A DNA stretch of 64,000 nucleotides, from assembly GCA_009914755.4 (NCBI GenBank), contig CP068257.2:20512001-20576000 (forward strand), written 5' to 3'. The translations under genes and the position numbers were made by a program. Every line of letters begins with the position of its first letter. Position 1 is the first letter of the stretch. Under the pieces are notes generated by a model. It searched no databases. It was not told the DNA's origin and saw nothing but the letters and a program-made list of their open reading frames with translations. Source of the DNA: the human T2T-CHM13v2.0 reference genome, Homo sapiens. Below, piece after piece: positions 1 to 14,089 of the stretch.

Positions 1-1095
1 TCTCATATATAACATATAATACTATAATTTATAAAATCTATTTTGCTGTACATATCATTTTGAAACTTACTTTTTTTGTTGTTCATCATGGTTTTCAAAC
101 ATTTACCTATTTTTACTTACTAAGAGCTAGCTCTCTCCTCTTGGTTAATTCTGTGTAACACATCATTCTATGAATATATCACAAGTTGTTTATCAATTAT
201 TTTCCCAAAATAGCTTTAGATTGCTTCTCGTGTTTTGCTGTTTTCAAGCTTACATACTACTCTTACTCTATGCATCTCTTTGGGCCTGTAGTAGAAAATG
301 AGAATTAAAATATTGTAACAAATACCAAGTTTCTTTTCTAAGTTGCTGCAATAATTTACACTTCCAGCATCCACAAGACTGCACACTTCCAACATGTATG
401 CTACACGAAGGTAATATCAAATCAGTATGAAATGGAATTCCTTTGTTGTATTTTGCATTTTTCTAATTTGCAGTGATGTACAAATTTTTATATGTTATTA
501 GCAACTTGGGTTTTGTCTTAGGAATTTCTAGTCCAAAATGTACTTGTTCAACTATGTTTTTTTTACTGAGTTCTTTGAATGTATATTTATAGGATACTTA
601 ATATATTGATGACATCAATAGCTATTGAAATGTTTATGTTGAAAACATTGCCATTTCCAGTTTATCCTTTAATTAGTTCATAACTTCATTATAATATTCT
701 TTTAATATTTTTATATAGCAAGGATTTTTCTTATATGATCACACTGCATTAGAAATACATCAATATCCTGGTATTAAAATACATTTCATCTCAAAATTTT
801 TGCTTTTCATATTTAAGTCTTTAAACTATGTGGAATTGATGTCCAGTGTGAATTTTCACTACAATTTTATCATACATATTTGGTAGCTATCCTAGCATTA
901 TCCTTTCTACCTTTGTTTTCCTAGCTGTTGTGTAGTGCAAAGTGTATTATCTAAAAATTATGCACATGTGTGCTCATATGTCTAGGTTTTTTATTCTGAC
1001 TGACCTTTTTGTCTATCAAAAAAATTTTCATCAATTATAATTATATGGGTGTTGTGAGATTAGTGCACAGTACCTATAAACTTGTTTAACACTGG

Positions 1096-1230
1096 AGTTT
1101 TTTGTGGGTATGTGCATGTATGTGTGTGTGTATACATGTGTATGTAATGTTTATCTATGTGTGTGTATATACATATACATACTATATGTGTATATGTATA
1201 TACTATATGTATATATAGTCTTTGTCCATT
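1096..1230. repeat. Compound (TG)n/(TATG)n/(TATA)n microsatellite
   Basis: Runs of gtgtgtgtgtatacatgtgtatg... and tatatgtgtatatgtatatac visible directly in the sequence. Confidence 0.9.
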
Positions 1231-1231
1231 T

Positions 1232-1512
1232 TGTGCTGCTGTAATAGAATAACCTAAGACTGGGTTATTTATAAGGAAAGAAATTTATTTGGCCCACTAT
1301 TTTGGTGGCTGAAAAGTTTAAGATTGGGCAGCAGCATCTGGTGAGGGCCTCATGCTGCCTCCACACACGGAGGGAACCCGAAAGGAAGTGGGTTTGTGCA
1401 AAGAGGTCGCATAGTAATGGAGGAAGCAAGAGAGAGAAACCAAGAAAGACAGACTTTTGTTTTTTGAACAACCAGCTCTCTCAAAAGCTAATCCACTCCC
1501 ATGTAAGTGAGA
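1232..1512 (-). mobile_element. MaLR-type (MST/MLT-like) LTR fragment, antisense orientation
   Basis: Begins ttgtccattttgtgctgctgtaatagaata-cctaagactgggttatttataaggaaag..., the characteristic reverse-complement 3' end of THE1/MST/MLT MaLR LTRs. No internal region follows. Confidence 0.5.
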
Positions 1513-1985
1513 AATCAATCCTCTTAAAGTGTTTCTCTAGTAATTCTGTTATCATGTATTATCATTTTATGATAGTTTTGAGATTCTTACCATTAGTATT
1601 TATTAATAATAACTGATATTTTTTACATTCATGTTCAAAATTTGTCTTGAATACCTTGTGTCATTGTGTGCTTTGTCTACGTTTTAAAATTTAAATATTG
1701 AGTTACTTTATGTTGAGTTACATTATGACTCAACTCAGAGAACTAGCATTTAGTGTTGTAGATCTTTTCTTGATTTTTATTTTATTAATTTTTCATTACA
1801 TTCTTTGTTTTCATACTTTTGTATTTTTGATTTGGCTAAAACATTTTTTCCTGCTTTCTGAAATAGTTACTTAACTTATTGATACTAAGTTGTTTAAAAC
1901 ATTTGCATTTACAGAAAAAATACTTACTTATTGCTACAGATTTATCCCTTAAGAATAGTATATTTTTTAATTTTTAAAATTTTCA

Positions 1986-2300
<315 letters not shown>

Positions 2301-2582
2301 TTAATGATTTTAATTTTAAATAAAACAATTTAAATAAAACATTAAACTTTTGAATTTTAGAATTTGAAATCATAAGTTTTTATTGACAACAAAGTATGCA
2401 GATAATTATACAGCTTATTTTGTTACTTTGAGCCTTCTTTTGAGACTTTGTATGTGAGCAAATTGAAGCAGACTCTGTATGCTTATAGAAAATTGATATA
2501 CTTCCATTAGTGAATGATTTGATTTATATTTATAATTTGTTAATATTTTACAAATTGTCTATATCCTTATTGCTTTGTGCTT

Positions 2583-4906
2583 TGATGTGGTTTGGATATG
2601 TGTCCCTAACCAAATCTCATGTTGAATTTTAATCTCTAAAGTTGGAGGTGGGGGCCTGGTGAAAGCTGATTGGATCATGGGGATGGATTTCCCCTTTTGG
2701 TGCTTTTCTGGAGACAGATTTCTCACAAGATCTGGTTGTTTAAAAGTATGTGGCACCTCCACCTTCTCTCTCTTTCTCCTGCCCCCAGGCATGTGAAGTG
2801 CCAGCTCCCCACTTCACCCTCCACCACGATTGTAAATATTCTGAGACCTCCCCAGAAGCTGAGCAGATGCCAGCATCATGCTTCCTGTGCATTCTGTGGA
2901 ATCATGAGCCAATTAAACCCTGTTTCTTTATAAATGGCCCAGTCTAAGGTATTTCTTTTTAGCAATGCAAAATTGAACTAATAGAGAAAATTGGTACCGA
3001 GCAGTGGGGCATTGCTATAAAGATGCGTGAAAATGTGGAAGTAGCTTTGGAACTGGGTAACAGGAGGAGGTTGGAACAATGTGGAGCGCTCAGAAAAAAG
3101 ACAAGAAGATGAGGGAAAGTATGGAACTTCCTAAAGACTTGTTAATTGCTGTGACTGAAATGCTAATAGTGATATGGACAGTGAAAGCCAGGCTGAGGAG
3201 GTCTCAGGTGAAAATGTGAAACTTATTGGGAACTGGAGTAAAGGTCACTTTTGCTATGCATTAGCAAAGAGGTTGGAGGCATTTTACCCCTGCCCTTGGA
3301 ATTTGTGGAAGTTTGAACTTAAGAGTGATGATTTAAGGTCTCTGACAGAATAAATTTCTAAGCAGCAAGGAGTTCAAGATGTGTCCTGGCTGCTTCTAAC
3401 TGACTATGTTCCTATGAGTGAGCAAAGAAATGAATTGAAACTAGTACGTATTTTTAAAAGTGAAGCAGAGCCTAAAAGTTTGGAACATTTGCAACCGGGC
3501 CATATGTTAGAAAAGGAAACTCCACTTTCTGGGGAATAATTCAAACAGGCTTCAGAAATTTGCATAGCTAAAAAGAAGGCAAGTGCTGATAGCCAAGACA
3601 ACGGGGAAAAATCCTCAAAGGCATCTCAGAGACCTTTGTCGCAGATCTTCCCATCACAGGCCTAGAGGACTATGAAGGAAAAATGGTTTCCTGTGCCAGA
3701 GCCAGGCCCAGGGCTCTGCTGCCCTGTACAGCACTAGGACACCTTTCCCTGCATCCTAGCCACTCCAACTCGAAGACACCAACTGTCTCTAAAAGGAACC
3801 CAGATACAGCTTGGGCTGCTGCTTCAAAGGATGAAAGCTGTAAGCCTTGGTGGCTTTGACATAATTTTAAGCCTGTGTGGTGCATGCAGTGCAAGAGTTG
3901 AGGTTTGGAAACCTCTTGCTAGATTTCAAAGGATGTATGGAAAGCCTGAATGTCCAGGCAGAAGCCTGCTGCATGGGTGGAGTCCTCATGGAAAACTTTT
4001 ATTAGGGCAGCACAGAGAAGGAATGTGAGGTTGAAGCCCCCCCACACACAGTATACCCATTGGAACACTGCCTACTGGAGCTGCAAGAAGAGGGTCACCA
4101 TTGTCAAGACCCTCTGAATAGGAGATCCACCAATAGCTTGTACCATGTGCCTAGAAAAGCCACAGACACTCAATGCTAGCCCATGAGAGCAACCATGGGA
4201 CCTGAACCCTGCAAAGCCACAGGACAGAGCTGTCCAAGGCCTTGGGAACCCACCCCTTGCACCAATATATCCCGCATGTGAGACATGGAGTCAAAGAAGA
4301 TTATTTCGGAGCTTGAAGATTTAATGACTACCTGCAGTCAGTTTCACACTTGCACAGGCCCTGTAGCCCCTTTATTTGGCTGATTTCTCCCTTTTGGAAA
4401 GAGAGTATTTACCTAATTCCTAAACCTGCATTGTATCGTGGGAGTAACTAACTTTTTTTTTTATTTTACAGGCTCATAGGTGGAAGGACCTTGCTTTGTC
4501 TCAGATGAGACTTGGGACTCTGGACATCTGAGTTAATGCTGGATTAAGACTTTGGGGAACTGGTGGGAAGGCAAGGTTGTATTTTGAAATATGAGAAGGG
4601 CATGAGATTCAGGAGGGACCAGGGGAAGAATAATATGGTTTGGATTTGTGTCCCCACCCAAATCTCATGTTGAATTGTAATCTCTAATGTTGGAGGTGGG
4701 GCCTGGTAGGAGGGCACTGGATCATGGGGGTGAATTTCCCCCTTTGGTGCTATTATTATGATAAAGTTCTAACAAGATTTGGCTGTTTGAAAAAGTGTAT
4801 GGTACCTCCCTGGAACCATAAGCCAATTAAACTTCTTTTCTTTATAAATTACCCAGTCTCTGGTAGTTCTTCATAGCAATGCAAGAATGGACAAATACAT
4901 GCTTAC
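2583..4906 (+). mobile_element. Full-length THE1-type MaLR retroelement. 5' LTR ~2583-2983, THE1-int ~2984-4632, 3' LTR ~4633-4906 with an internal deletion.
   Basis: The LTR starts tgatgtggtttggatatgtgtccctaaccaaatctcatgttgaatt and ends ctttataaatggcccagtctaaggtatttctttttagcaatgcaaaattgaactaata, a THE1/MST consensus pattern. The internal part, gaaaattggtaccgagcagtggggcattgctataaagatgcgtgaaaatgtggaagtagctttggaactgggtaacagg..., matches THE1-int. The second LTR begins aatatggtttggatttgtgtccccacccaaatctcatgttgaattgtaatc. A 5-bp TSD TGCTT flanks the element on both sides. Confidence 0.85.
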
Positions 4907-5195
4907 TTAGTCTATCACTTTTAGTGAGAATTAGGCTAACCTATCTCACCACAATTTAGGATATATCAGTATGCCTTTAAATAGTTGTCCATTTATTTTC
5001 TTTATATATTTTGGGGCAATATTGTTTAATGAATAATGTACCAAGAGTCCAACCCTGTCCTTGCATAGTTCTCATTTTTTCTTTAATTGATGATCTACTA
5101 GCAGTTATAATGTTTTCATTTTTGGTAATGTTGGGAGGAATATTGACTTAAAAAATACAATCTATTGTATATCTGTTATAAATGAAAATACAGCC

Positions 5196-5770
5196 TATCA
5201 ATATTTCTGGGATGCAGCTAAAGCTGTGCTTAAAGAAAAATCTATAGTCCTATAGGTTTCTGTTACACAAAATTAAAATCTAAAAACAGTAACCTCAGTA
5301 CCTAAGAATTAGAAAAAAGAAGAGTGAATTAAATACAAAATAAGCAGAGGAAGAATAGAAAAGAGTAGAAACCAATAAAATAGAGATAGGGTGGACAATT
5401 TAGAAAGTCAATGAAATTAATCTATGCCTATTTTAATACAGGAATAAAAGATTAATTAACTGATCAATACAAAAAGAGAAACTATGAATTACAGAATCAA
5501 TAATAAGAGAGAACCCATGGTTGTATGCTAAGTGTAATGATGTTAAAATGTTAATAAATACTTTAAAACTTTCTTGATACTTTTATGAATGTTTAAGAGC
5601 TTTATACTTCATACTTTAAATAATTAAAAATATGTATAAAATGGACAAGTTACTGGTACTTAAAAATTTGAAAATGTCTGTTGGTGGGTGTGGGGCTAGG
5701 GGAGGGAGAGCATTAGGAGAAATATCTAATTCTGCACATGTACCCCAGAACTTAAAGTATAATTTAAAGA
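5196..5770 (+). mobile_element. Old L1 fragment(s): ORF2 linker region plus 3'UTR terminus, with internal deletions
   Basis: atttctgggatgcagctaaagctgtgcttaaagaaaaatctatagtcctata... matches L1 ORF2 (LWDAAKAVLRGKFIALNAY). ...ggtgggtgtggggctaggggagggagagcattaggagaaatatctaat...cacatgtaccccagaacttaaagtataat is the L1 3' end. Confidence 0.7.
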
Positions 5771-6185
5771 AATTAGAAAATGTATAGGATCCTATATATA
5801 ATATACAGATTGAATAAAAAAATACACATTGTTTTCACAAACTACTCAAAATTCAAATGACTTCATTGGTAAACTTTACTAAATATTTAGGAAAAATAAT
5901 ACCAATGGCAGAAAAGATTTATCTATCAGAAAATAAGAGAAGGAAATACATCCTGATTTGTTGTTTAATGTTTTTACTTTGCAATAGTTTTTCTCATAAA
6001 AACTTGCAACAATAGTACAAAGATTTTTCATGTATTCTTCATCTAGCTCCTCCAATGATCATGTCTTACAGGACAACAGTACATTGTCAAAAACAAAAAA
6101 TTGACATTGACATGTAATTAAACTCAGATAAACATGGTTGGATATTTGGATTTCACCAATTTTTACATGCATTCCTTTTTAAAAA

Positions 6186-6507
6186 TTATTATTGTTGTTG
6201 TTATCATTATTATTTTAAATTGAGACAAAGTCTTGTTCTGTTTTCCAGGCTGCAGTGCAGTGGTGCAATCATGGCTCACTGCAGCCTCCAACTCCTGGGC
6301 TCAAGTGGTCCTCTACCTCAGCTTTCTGAGTAGCTGGGACTACAGGTATGCACCACCAAGGCCAGCTAATTTTTTTAAAAAATTTATTTTATAGAGATGT
6401 GGTCTCCCTATGTTGACTAGGCTGGTTATAAACTCCTGCCTCAAGCAATCCTCCCACCTCTGTCTCCGAAAGTGTTAGGATTACAGGCATGAGTTTCCAT
6501 GCCTGAC
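6186..6507 (-). mobile_element. Alu SINE (AluJ/S-like), antisense, with a poly-T leader
   Basis: gagacaaagtcttgttctgttttccaggctgcagtgcagtggtgcaatcatggctcactgcagcctcc ... tcccaaagtgttaggattacaggcatgag is the reverse complement of Alu. Confidence 0.9.
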
Positions 6508-7979
6508 TAAAAACTATGTTTGAGTAGTATTTTATAAATTTTTTACATGTAGAATTTCATCAGCACATTCATGATACAAAGTTGTTCCATAACTACAGAG
6601 AAATTTCCTCATGTTGCACCTTAATAGTCATATGCTTACCTCAAACCTAACCTTTGACAACTACTGAACTGTTCATGACTATCATTTTGTTAGAGAAAAT
6701 TAATAAATAGTATCACATATAATCTAGCCTTTGGCAATGGGCTTTTTTCTCAGCATAATGTCCGTAAGCTATTCGTGTTATTTACATTAATGTTGGTTTT
6801 AACAGTAAGTTATAATTCAAAAATTTAAGACAAGCATATCTTTATCCACATATTTATCTATTCCTTACTCTTTTATCTTTTCTGCTATTTCAGACTCATT
6901 TTGTTATCATTTTCTTTTAGTTTGTCAAATGTTTTTTGAGGCAGACAATGCTGTCAAAGTATTGTAGTTTTCTCTTTTTTCTAAGAATGTCTTTGTTTCA
7001 CCTCCATTACTCAAGAATACTTTTACTCGGTATAGAAATATAGTTTATTGGTAATTTTCTTTCAGCACTTGAAAGCAATTGTGCTGCTTCCTTCTGACAT
7101 CCATATCAAAATTCAATACCATTTGAATTGTTCTCCTATAGATAATGCATTGTGTCTCTCCAAATGCTTTCACCATTTTTTTCTGTCTTTAGTTTCCACA
7201 GTTTTGACTATGATATCCTTGGGCATAGATTTATTTGTCTTTACACAAATAAAACTATTGTCAGTAACCTTCCTGGATCTGTAAGCTTATGTTTTTCCCA
7301 AAGTTTGAGAGGTGTTCAACCATTATTTCTTTAAACAGTTTTCCAGGCCACATTTCCTTCTTTTCTTTTGCAGTTTCTGATGTTTTGTTACTATCTCAGA
7401 TGTCCTGTTGTTCTGTTCATCCTTTTCTTACTTTTTTATTTTTCTCTCTTGTTCATCCTGAATGATTTCTATTAATATAAATTCAAATTCACTCTTTTTT
7501 TCTCCTATTAATTTTATCCTGCTATTGAGCCACTTAGTAAGATTTATATTTTGGTTATTATATTTTTCAGTTCTAAAATTTGTATGATTTTGTCTTACAT
7601 CTTATATCTCTTTGCTGAGACATTCTATTTTTCCATTTATTCAAGAATGTTTTACAATATTTGTCCAACAATTCCAATATTTGTGACTTCTTCACATTGA
7701 TATTTGTTGATTATCTTTTGTCATTTAAGCTGAGATTTCCACGGTGTTTGATATGGTGAGTAATTTTGACGCTATCCTAGACATTTTATATATTATAAGA
7801 ATCTATTTATATCTTCTAATTTAGAAAATAGTCATTATACTTAGGATGAATGCATATCCTGGCCTACTTTTTTTGGTGATGGTTTAAGTAAGATTTTAAT
7901 TTGAACAGCCTTTGGAATGATACTCTGTTCTGCCACAATTGTACATTAAGCACTTGACAAACTCCAGCTCAGTCTCTAT

Positions 7980-8450
7980 AGAGCCTGCTGAGGAGGGAGT
8001 GGGACACAGCCTTGTTACTAAAGGATTCTGAAGGGAGTGTTTTACCTATAGACCCTGTTTGAAAGAGTTGCCTTCTCATTACTATAGTGTAGAATAGAAC
8101 ACCGGGCTTTGTGCATAGACTTGGCATCACTGGTTCACCATCTCATTACTGCAGTGTGTGGGGAGCAGTCAAGTTTCAGCCCATAGACTTGTCTGGGAAG
8201 CAGCACAGCCTCATCGTTGTAGTCCATTTGTTTTGCTACAAAATACCCCTGGAATGCAGAGAGCAGAGGATTGAAGCATAGCTGAGCCGCAAGCCCCAAA
8301 ATCCTATGGTTACTTGGACTTCTCTTTTGAAACCATTCTGCCTTTGAAACTCTGGCACTCTGGGGCTGCAATGGGCATAGCAGCCTCAATGGTCTCAGAA
8401 ATGCCGTCAGGGCCATTCTCTCATTATCTTGATGAGTAGCATCTGGCTTC
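7980..8450 (-). mobile_element. Probable old-L1 (L1PB/L1MA-like) 5'UTR-derived segment
   Basis: Moderately GC-rich block sharing motifs with 14090-14520 (tcatYatcttgatgaRta, ctctgggNctgNaatggg). Both resemble the 5'UTR of the near-full-length antisense L1 at 56.3-57.1 kb (caaccccacaaaatttggaatgttgg...catcatcc). The assignment is tentative. Confidence 0.3.
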
Positions 8451-8898
8451 CTTCTAATAAGACTAGTCTCCTTATGAAATGGTCACTTGGCTAAGCTCTG
8501 AATTTTCTTTCCTAAACATGCTTTTTTATTCTTTGTATGACTAGGCTGAGAATATTTACATTATGCTTCCCTTTTAATTATGAGTTCTATCTTTATATAG
8601 TTTCTCTCATCTAACATTCTACTATTGGTCAAGTTTAATCAATGGAAGTCACTCAGCACCATGAGCACTCTGCTTAGATATTTCTTTTGCCAGATATCCT
8701 AGTTCATTAACAGCAAGTTCTCCCTCAAAAAAGCATTAGAACATGAACACAATTCGACCAAGTTTATTGACATTGAACAAGGTTTAACTTTCCTTCAGTT
8801 TCTTATACCTTGTTCCTCACTTCCATCTAAGACTTAATCAGAATGGCCTTTAGTTTTCAAATTTCTACCAACATTGTGTTCATGATCACTTATTTCAT

Positions 8899-9190
8899 TT
8901 TATTTTTTGAGACAGAGTCTTACTCTGTTGCCCAGGCTGGAGTGCCGTGGCGCAATCTTGGCTCACTGCAAACTCCACCTCCTAGGTTCACGTCATTCTC
9001 TTGCCTCAGCCTCCTGAGTAGCTGGGACTGCAGGCGCCCACCATCTTGCCCGGCTAATTTTTTGTATTTTTAGTAGAGACGGGGTTTCACCGTGTTAGCC
9101 AGGATGGTCTGGATCTCCTGACCTCGTGATCTGCCCGCCTCGGCCTCCCAAAGTGCTGGGATTACAGATGTGAGCCACCGCGGCTGGCCC
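8899..9190 (-). mobile_element. Alu SINE (AluS/Y-like), antisense, with a 12-bp TSD
   Basis: ttttattttttgagacagagtcttactctgttgcccaggctggagtgccgtggcgcaatcttggctcactgcaa ... ggattacagatgtgagccaccgcggctggccc. It is flanked on both sides by catgatcactta (8881-8892 and 9191-9202). Confidence 0.95.
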
Positions 9191-10039
9191 CATGATCACT
9201 TAGATATCACTAAGACTAAGCCACTTTTAAAAAATTAGGACAGACATCTTTATTGAAATGTGTCTTTCGGTATATGTTAGCATACTATATATACACATAC
9301 ATATATACTCTTTAACACAACTCATGTATTGCCACCATTCATTTAACCAATAAATTAAAACTAAAATGATGGGAGGGAAGGGAAGGGGAACTAATGACAA
9401 ACTTTTCATCTTATATCTGGTAAGAAATTGTGAATTTCTCAGAATTTCCCTGGAGAAAACCTGTGACCAGAGAATCTTTGAAATAAAATATATAAATCCC
9501 TGCCCCCTACCAAAAATATTTCCAAAAGATGGAGTTATTACAATAAGTGTGCTTCTCAGAACAGGAGCATTCATTCCACTCCCTACTCTTGCTTCTGCAC
9601 CTCTGGCTTCAAGACAGTCTGTCCCTCAGTAGGGCAGTGAGGTTTATATGGGCACGTAGGCTCAGTGCACCTTGGGCTCTGGGGGTTAAGGAGCAGGCTA
9701 CAGTATGGGAGCCGAGTGAGCAACACTCCTCTGAGGTTATGTCTGGTACATCATCTGACTAAGTATGAGAGTTTTCCAGGTCCCTGTGGATGCTCTCAGG
9801 CTGGGCCAGACTGATGTCCCAGAGTCTGCTGGCCAGGCAGTCTTTCTGTTCACATCTTTGGTGTCTGTTGAGGGATCCTCTTCACCACCTCCATCACCAC
9901 TACCTTCTTCTTTGTCCAGTTTCTTCTGAGTCTTCACCAAAATCACTCTTAGATGTTCCATTCACAGCAATACATTACAGGCCAAACTCATATCAGGTCA
10001 GCATTCACATCAAAATACACCTTATTTCTTGATACCAGT

Positions 10040-10395
10040 TTCTATCTTAATTGATTTGTGCTGCTCTACCAAAATATAACAGACTGGGTAAGTTATCAAT
10101 AATAGAAATTATTTCTCCCATTTCTGGAAAGTTCAAGATCAATACCAGGCATCTGGTGTCTGATGAGGGCCTTCTTGATGCATCCTTACATGTCAGAAGG
10201 CAGAAGGGCTACAAGAAGGCCAAACTCTTCCTCAAGCCTTTTTGAGAATACTAAATCTCATTCATGAAGGGAGAGCCTTCATGACTTAACCTTATCTCCC
10301 AAAAGGCCCCAGGGCTCAATATTGCCACCAGGAGAATTAAGTTCAATATTAACTTCAGAAGGGATGACATCATTCACACCATAGCTCTCATTATT
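10040..10395 (-). mobile_element. MLT1-type MaLR LTR, antisense
   Basis: gatttgtgctgctctaccaaaatataacagactgggtaagttatcaataatagaaatttatttctcccatttctggaaagttcaagatcaataccaggcatctggtgtctgatgagggcc... matches the antisense MLT1 pattern tgtgacaaattaccacaaactgggtggcttaaaacaacagaaatttattctctcacagttctggaggc.... Confidence 0.6.
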
Positions 10396-12541
10396 GTAGG
10401 GCAGAGTTGGAAGATAGGGCTATGACCACAGGCTCTGCCAGAGCAGGGGTATGGGGTAAAAACACCAAACCCAGAAACAACTTTCTCTGACAGGAAAAAA
10501 AAAATAGCAAAGCAATACTTACTGCTACATTTTTCAAGCATGCAAAAATAAAACATCTAGGGACAACTTACAAGTTTGCAGGAAATTATCATTTTTAAGA
10601 AAAGTTTCATTTTGTCTTCTTAAAAAGAGAAAATTAAAGCTCCTATGTCAATTCAAACAATACAAACTAACAGGCAGAAAAAGAACCCAGATGTGAGAAG
10701 GAATGCAAATCACCACACTAAGAAGCTGAGAAATTACTCAGCAGGATCCAAAAATAATTAGGATCTGAGTGAACATATTGGTAAAATATTAAAAGTACTT
10801 TGAAAACTTTTAAGTGACATTGAGTTTAGAAGGAAATTTCTTCTTGGATAGTATGATGAGACTTTTTTGAAAATAGATCACCAGTAGGGGCTGACAGCTG
10901 TTGCAACATTTATTTTTCTTTTCTTTTTTTAAAAAAATTAAACAGAGGTAAAAAGTGAGGTTTCTGTAAAGATGCGTCCTAATAATAGAAGTATTTCGTT
11001 GTTTTGGGGTACTGTCTACACTGGAATTCAAGGACAGAAAAACCAGAAATATATGACACAAACATGCTTCTTTATTCAAATTCTAGACTTATAAAAACCA
11101 AATAAACAAAAACAAAGTAAAGCAAACCAACAAACAAACAAAAAAACTTCAAAGTATGGGTTCTTCTGGGCAGAGTTCAAGAAATTTGCTGCTGCTTCCA
11201 ATTTAACAGAAAGCTTTTTTTAAAAAAGGACTCTTTTATTTGGTGGAGCATTAAAATGAACAATAATTCCTATCTAGGTATATGAACAACTACAAAGATT
11301 TCAGCTATACTAAAATCTTCCAATTTTAGTGGAAGAATGATCTTTCAATTTTGTTAGTGGATTAAAAATCATAGTGATATTATAACTTGAACTAATATTT
11401 TTAAAACATGTGTTAACATGTATTTCCTTATTAATGAAGATTTAAAACTATAAGTTTTTTTTTTCCAATTTTTAGGAGAGGCAAAAATTCAAAAAAATAT
11501 CCAGTAAGAAACCAGAGGAAAAAAATCAACTGGATAGAGCAGAACTATGTGTCCTAAGCTGGGGGAAATAAAAATAACGTGAAGTATTGGCTGGTAAAAA
11601 TAGTCTACAGATAGTTATTGAAGAACCTAAGAAAACCCATTATTGACCCCAACAGACAAAAGACAATGAAACTGCAATGGCGTTAATTGGTACTTAAAAG
11701 CTTTGGTGCTCTTCTGAACATTGAAGTTAAAAAATTTAAATACACTATAACCCCTGCATGCTTAACTTTCCTTCCTCCCAATTCCACTCTGCTTCCTCCA
11801 CACTTCCAAATCTCCAAATTGTGCAGTCACCTAAAATATTTACCAGGTCAATTTTTCTTTATCTCTTCTCAGGATACCTTTGCTGATATTGCCAGGAAAG
11901 CTAGATAGAGTGACCTCAACACTGCCTTTCTAAATAATGTTGCTTCTTTTGTCCTCCTGAAGCCTCTACAAACATGTTGCCAGAGGTACTTCACGCTAAG
12001 ACTTCACTGCTAAGGTAGGGAGAATCTGGTGTCAACTTGTCTAGTTAAGTGAAAGGAGAGGTGGCCCTAAATTTCAAATATATCTGTGTGAACACTGTTT
12101 ATATTTCTGTTTGTAAAAGATTGCAATCGGAGACATAGAATGGGATTCATCTTGGGTAGCTGGTGGATCATTCCACAAACTGTCATAACCCCAAATTCAT
12201 CGCATATGATATGTCAACATTTTGGCAGGTGCTTAGGCTTCTTCTTGACAAGGAACCCTTTCTCATTTCCCATGCATCCATATATTCCTGTGTTCTGTAA
12301 TCAGCTTGTTGACACAAGACTAGTGCTTCATTTCAAACTTTCATTACCTTAGCTTTATTGTCTTTGAAGCTGCCTAATAGCCATTTGTTTTTAAAACCTA
12401 CGCTAACTAACACAGAATAAAAATATCTCATTCTTTTAGGTTACTGCACCCAAAAACTTTGATTATAATTTCTGGGTTATGATTAATAGTCAGTATAATT
12501 CAACTGGATTTAATAACCAGAAATATCTAAGAAGCAAATAC

Positions 12542-12557
12542 CTTTTTTTTTTTTTGC
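12542..12557. repeat. Poly-T mononucleotide run (T15)
   Basis: cctttttttttttttttgcttg. Confidence 0.9.
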
Positions 12558-14089
12558 TTGCTGTAAGGCCTGATAAGATAGCATTGCAGCACAAATCAGT
12601 ATGAATATTCTGAAGCTGTTTATATATACAAAACTTAATCAACTGTTTATTGTGTGTGAGAAGTTTATAACATTTTGTCTGCAAGATTCTTCGGGGCAGG
12701 CATAATATCAATTTTTATAATTGTGAAATGTACAAAGCCTGCCACAAGGTAGTACAAATAAAGTTTTCAAAACCTAAGTTGCTACCAGTATTAGTTTTAA
12801 TAAGTTCATACCAATGAATTGACGTTCGCTTTGAGCTGAGTTCAGATAATTATCAATGATGAGCCAAATACAGTGCATTATAGGCTATGGATTTATTTTT
12901 TCAACATAACAAGACAATTGGGGGTAGAATAATGGATCCCAGTTAGTCATCATTGGCTTCAGTGCTTGTTGACATATTACCAATCTGATTTTATCTATCC
13001 ATCCTCATTTTGAAGCAGATTCTCTATTATTACTTTATATGATTTTTCTCCATGTCCAAAATTTTCTAATTACCTCATAAACATATTTTTACACTCATTT
13101 TTTTCCAGGTTACAAACTGATGCACACATTGCATGTGGTTGCTATGTCTTTTAATTTTCTTCTAATTAATACGATTTCCCACTTTATAATCTTCATGTCA
13201 CTTTTTGTGCAAGAAACTTATCTTAGATTCCTAATTTGGTAATTTGGGTCATTGTGGTGCCCCACATATTTTCATCCTCATGATTCTGCGAAATAACATT
13301 TGGACATAAAGGCTATGTTATAGTCAGGCCCAATTCATTGAGAAAAATAAATGTGTAGACCATCTTGTAACCTTTCTGTTGTAGCATCCAGTAGCCATAT
13401 ACTGTCTTATCATCTTGATTTCAGTGCTGCTAATATGAACCAGTAAATTTAGATTTGGTCAGCTTCATTTGCTGAAAATTTATCCATTAATATTTCACCC
13501 ACAAGTTTAACAATGACTGACAATAGTTGCCTAGATATGTTATTTAATTAACATTTGCAAAGCATAACTAATGTTATCATTTTTAAAAAATTTAATACTT
13601 AGAAGTCTTCAGTAAAGAAATTTCTTTCCTCTATTTAATTATTTTGATAAGGAAGGTAGAATAAATTATTGTTTCTTTCTCTGTATGAATAGCCAGAATA
13701 ATTTACTGGACTCCTAAGAATCCCCGAAAGTGACAAATTAGTTTTTATAAGTATAATTAAAATATCTTAGGTTTTTTACATGTATATTTGATGCCTCTCA
13801 ATCCATTATAGGCATTAATATTTGCCGTTCAAATTCTGTGAGGCAGATTTTTTTAGATGGCTCGCTCTGAGATTCCTACATCCTGATATACATGTACCAT
13901 ATGATCGCCTCCCCTTGGGTGTGGCTGAGACCTGTAAACACATGGAATAGCAAACACAATGTGACAAATGGAATTTTGCAGATGTAATTAAGTTCCATAA
14001 CTAGTTGACTGAGTTCAATCCTAAACAAGTTTAGCAAGTTAGCAAACAATCCTAGCAACTTTCTGCCTAGGCATCTAGGTGGTCTTCAG

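Noticed and set aside
2583-4906. THE1 internal region as a possible gag/pol-coding retroviral gene
   Set aside because: MaLR/THE1 internal regions are non-autonomous and lack pol. The ORFs here are under 90 aa and broken by stops.
9560-10040. Moderately GC-rich stretch upstream of the MLT1 LTR, considered as a possible exon or CpG island
   Set aside because: It has no CpG enrichment and no ORF longer than 80 aa. It is probably the internal or flanking portion of the adjacent MaLR element, though I cannot confirm this from memory.
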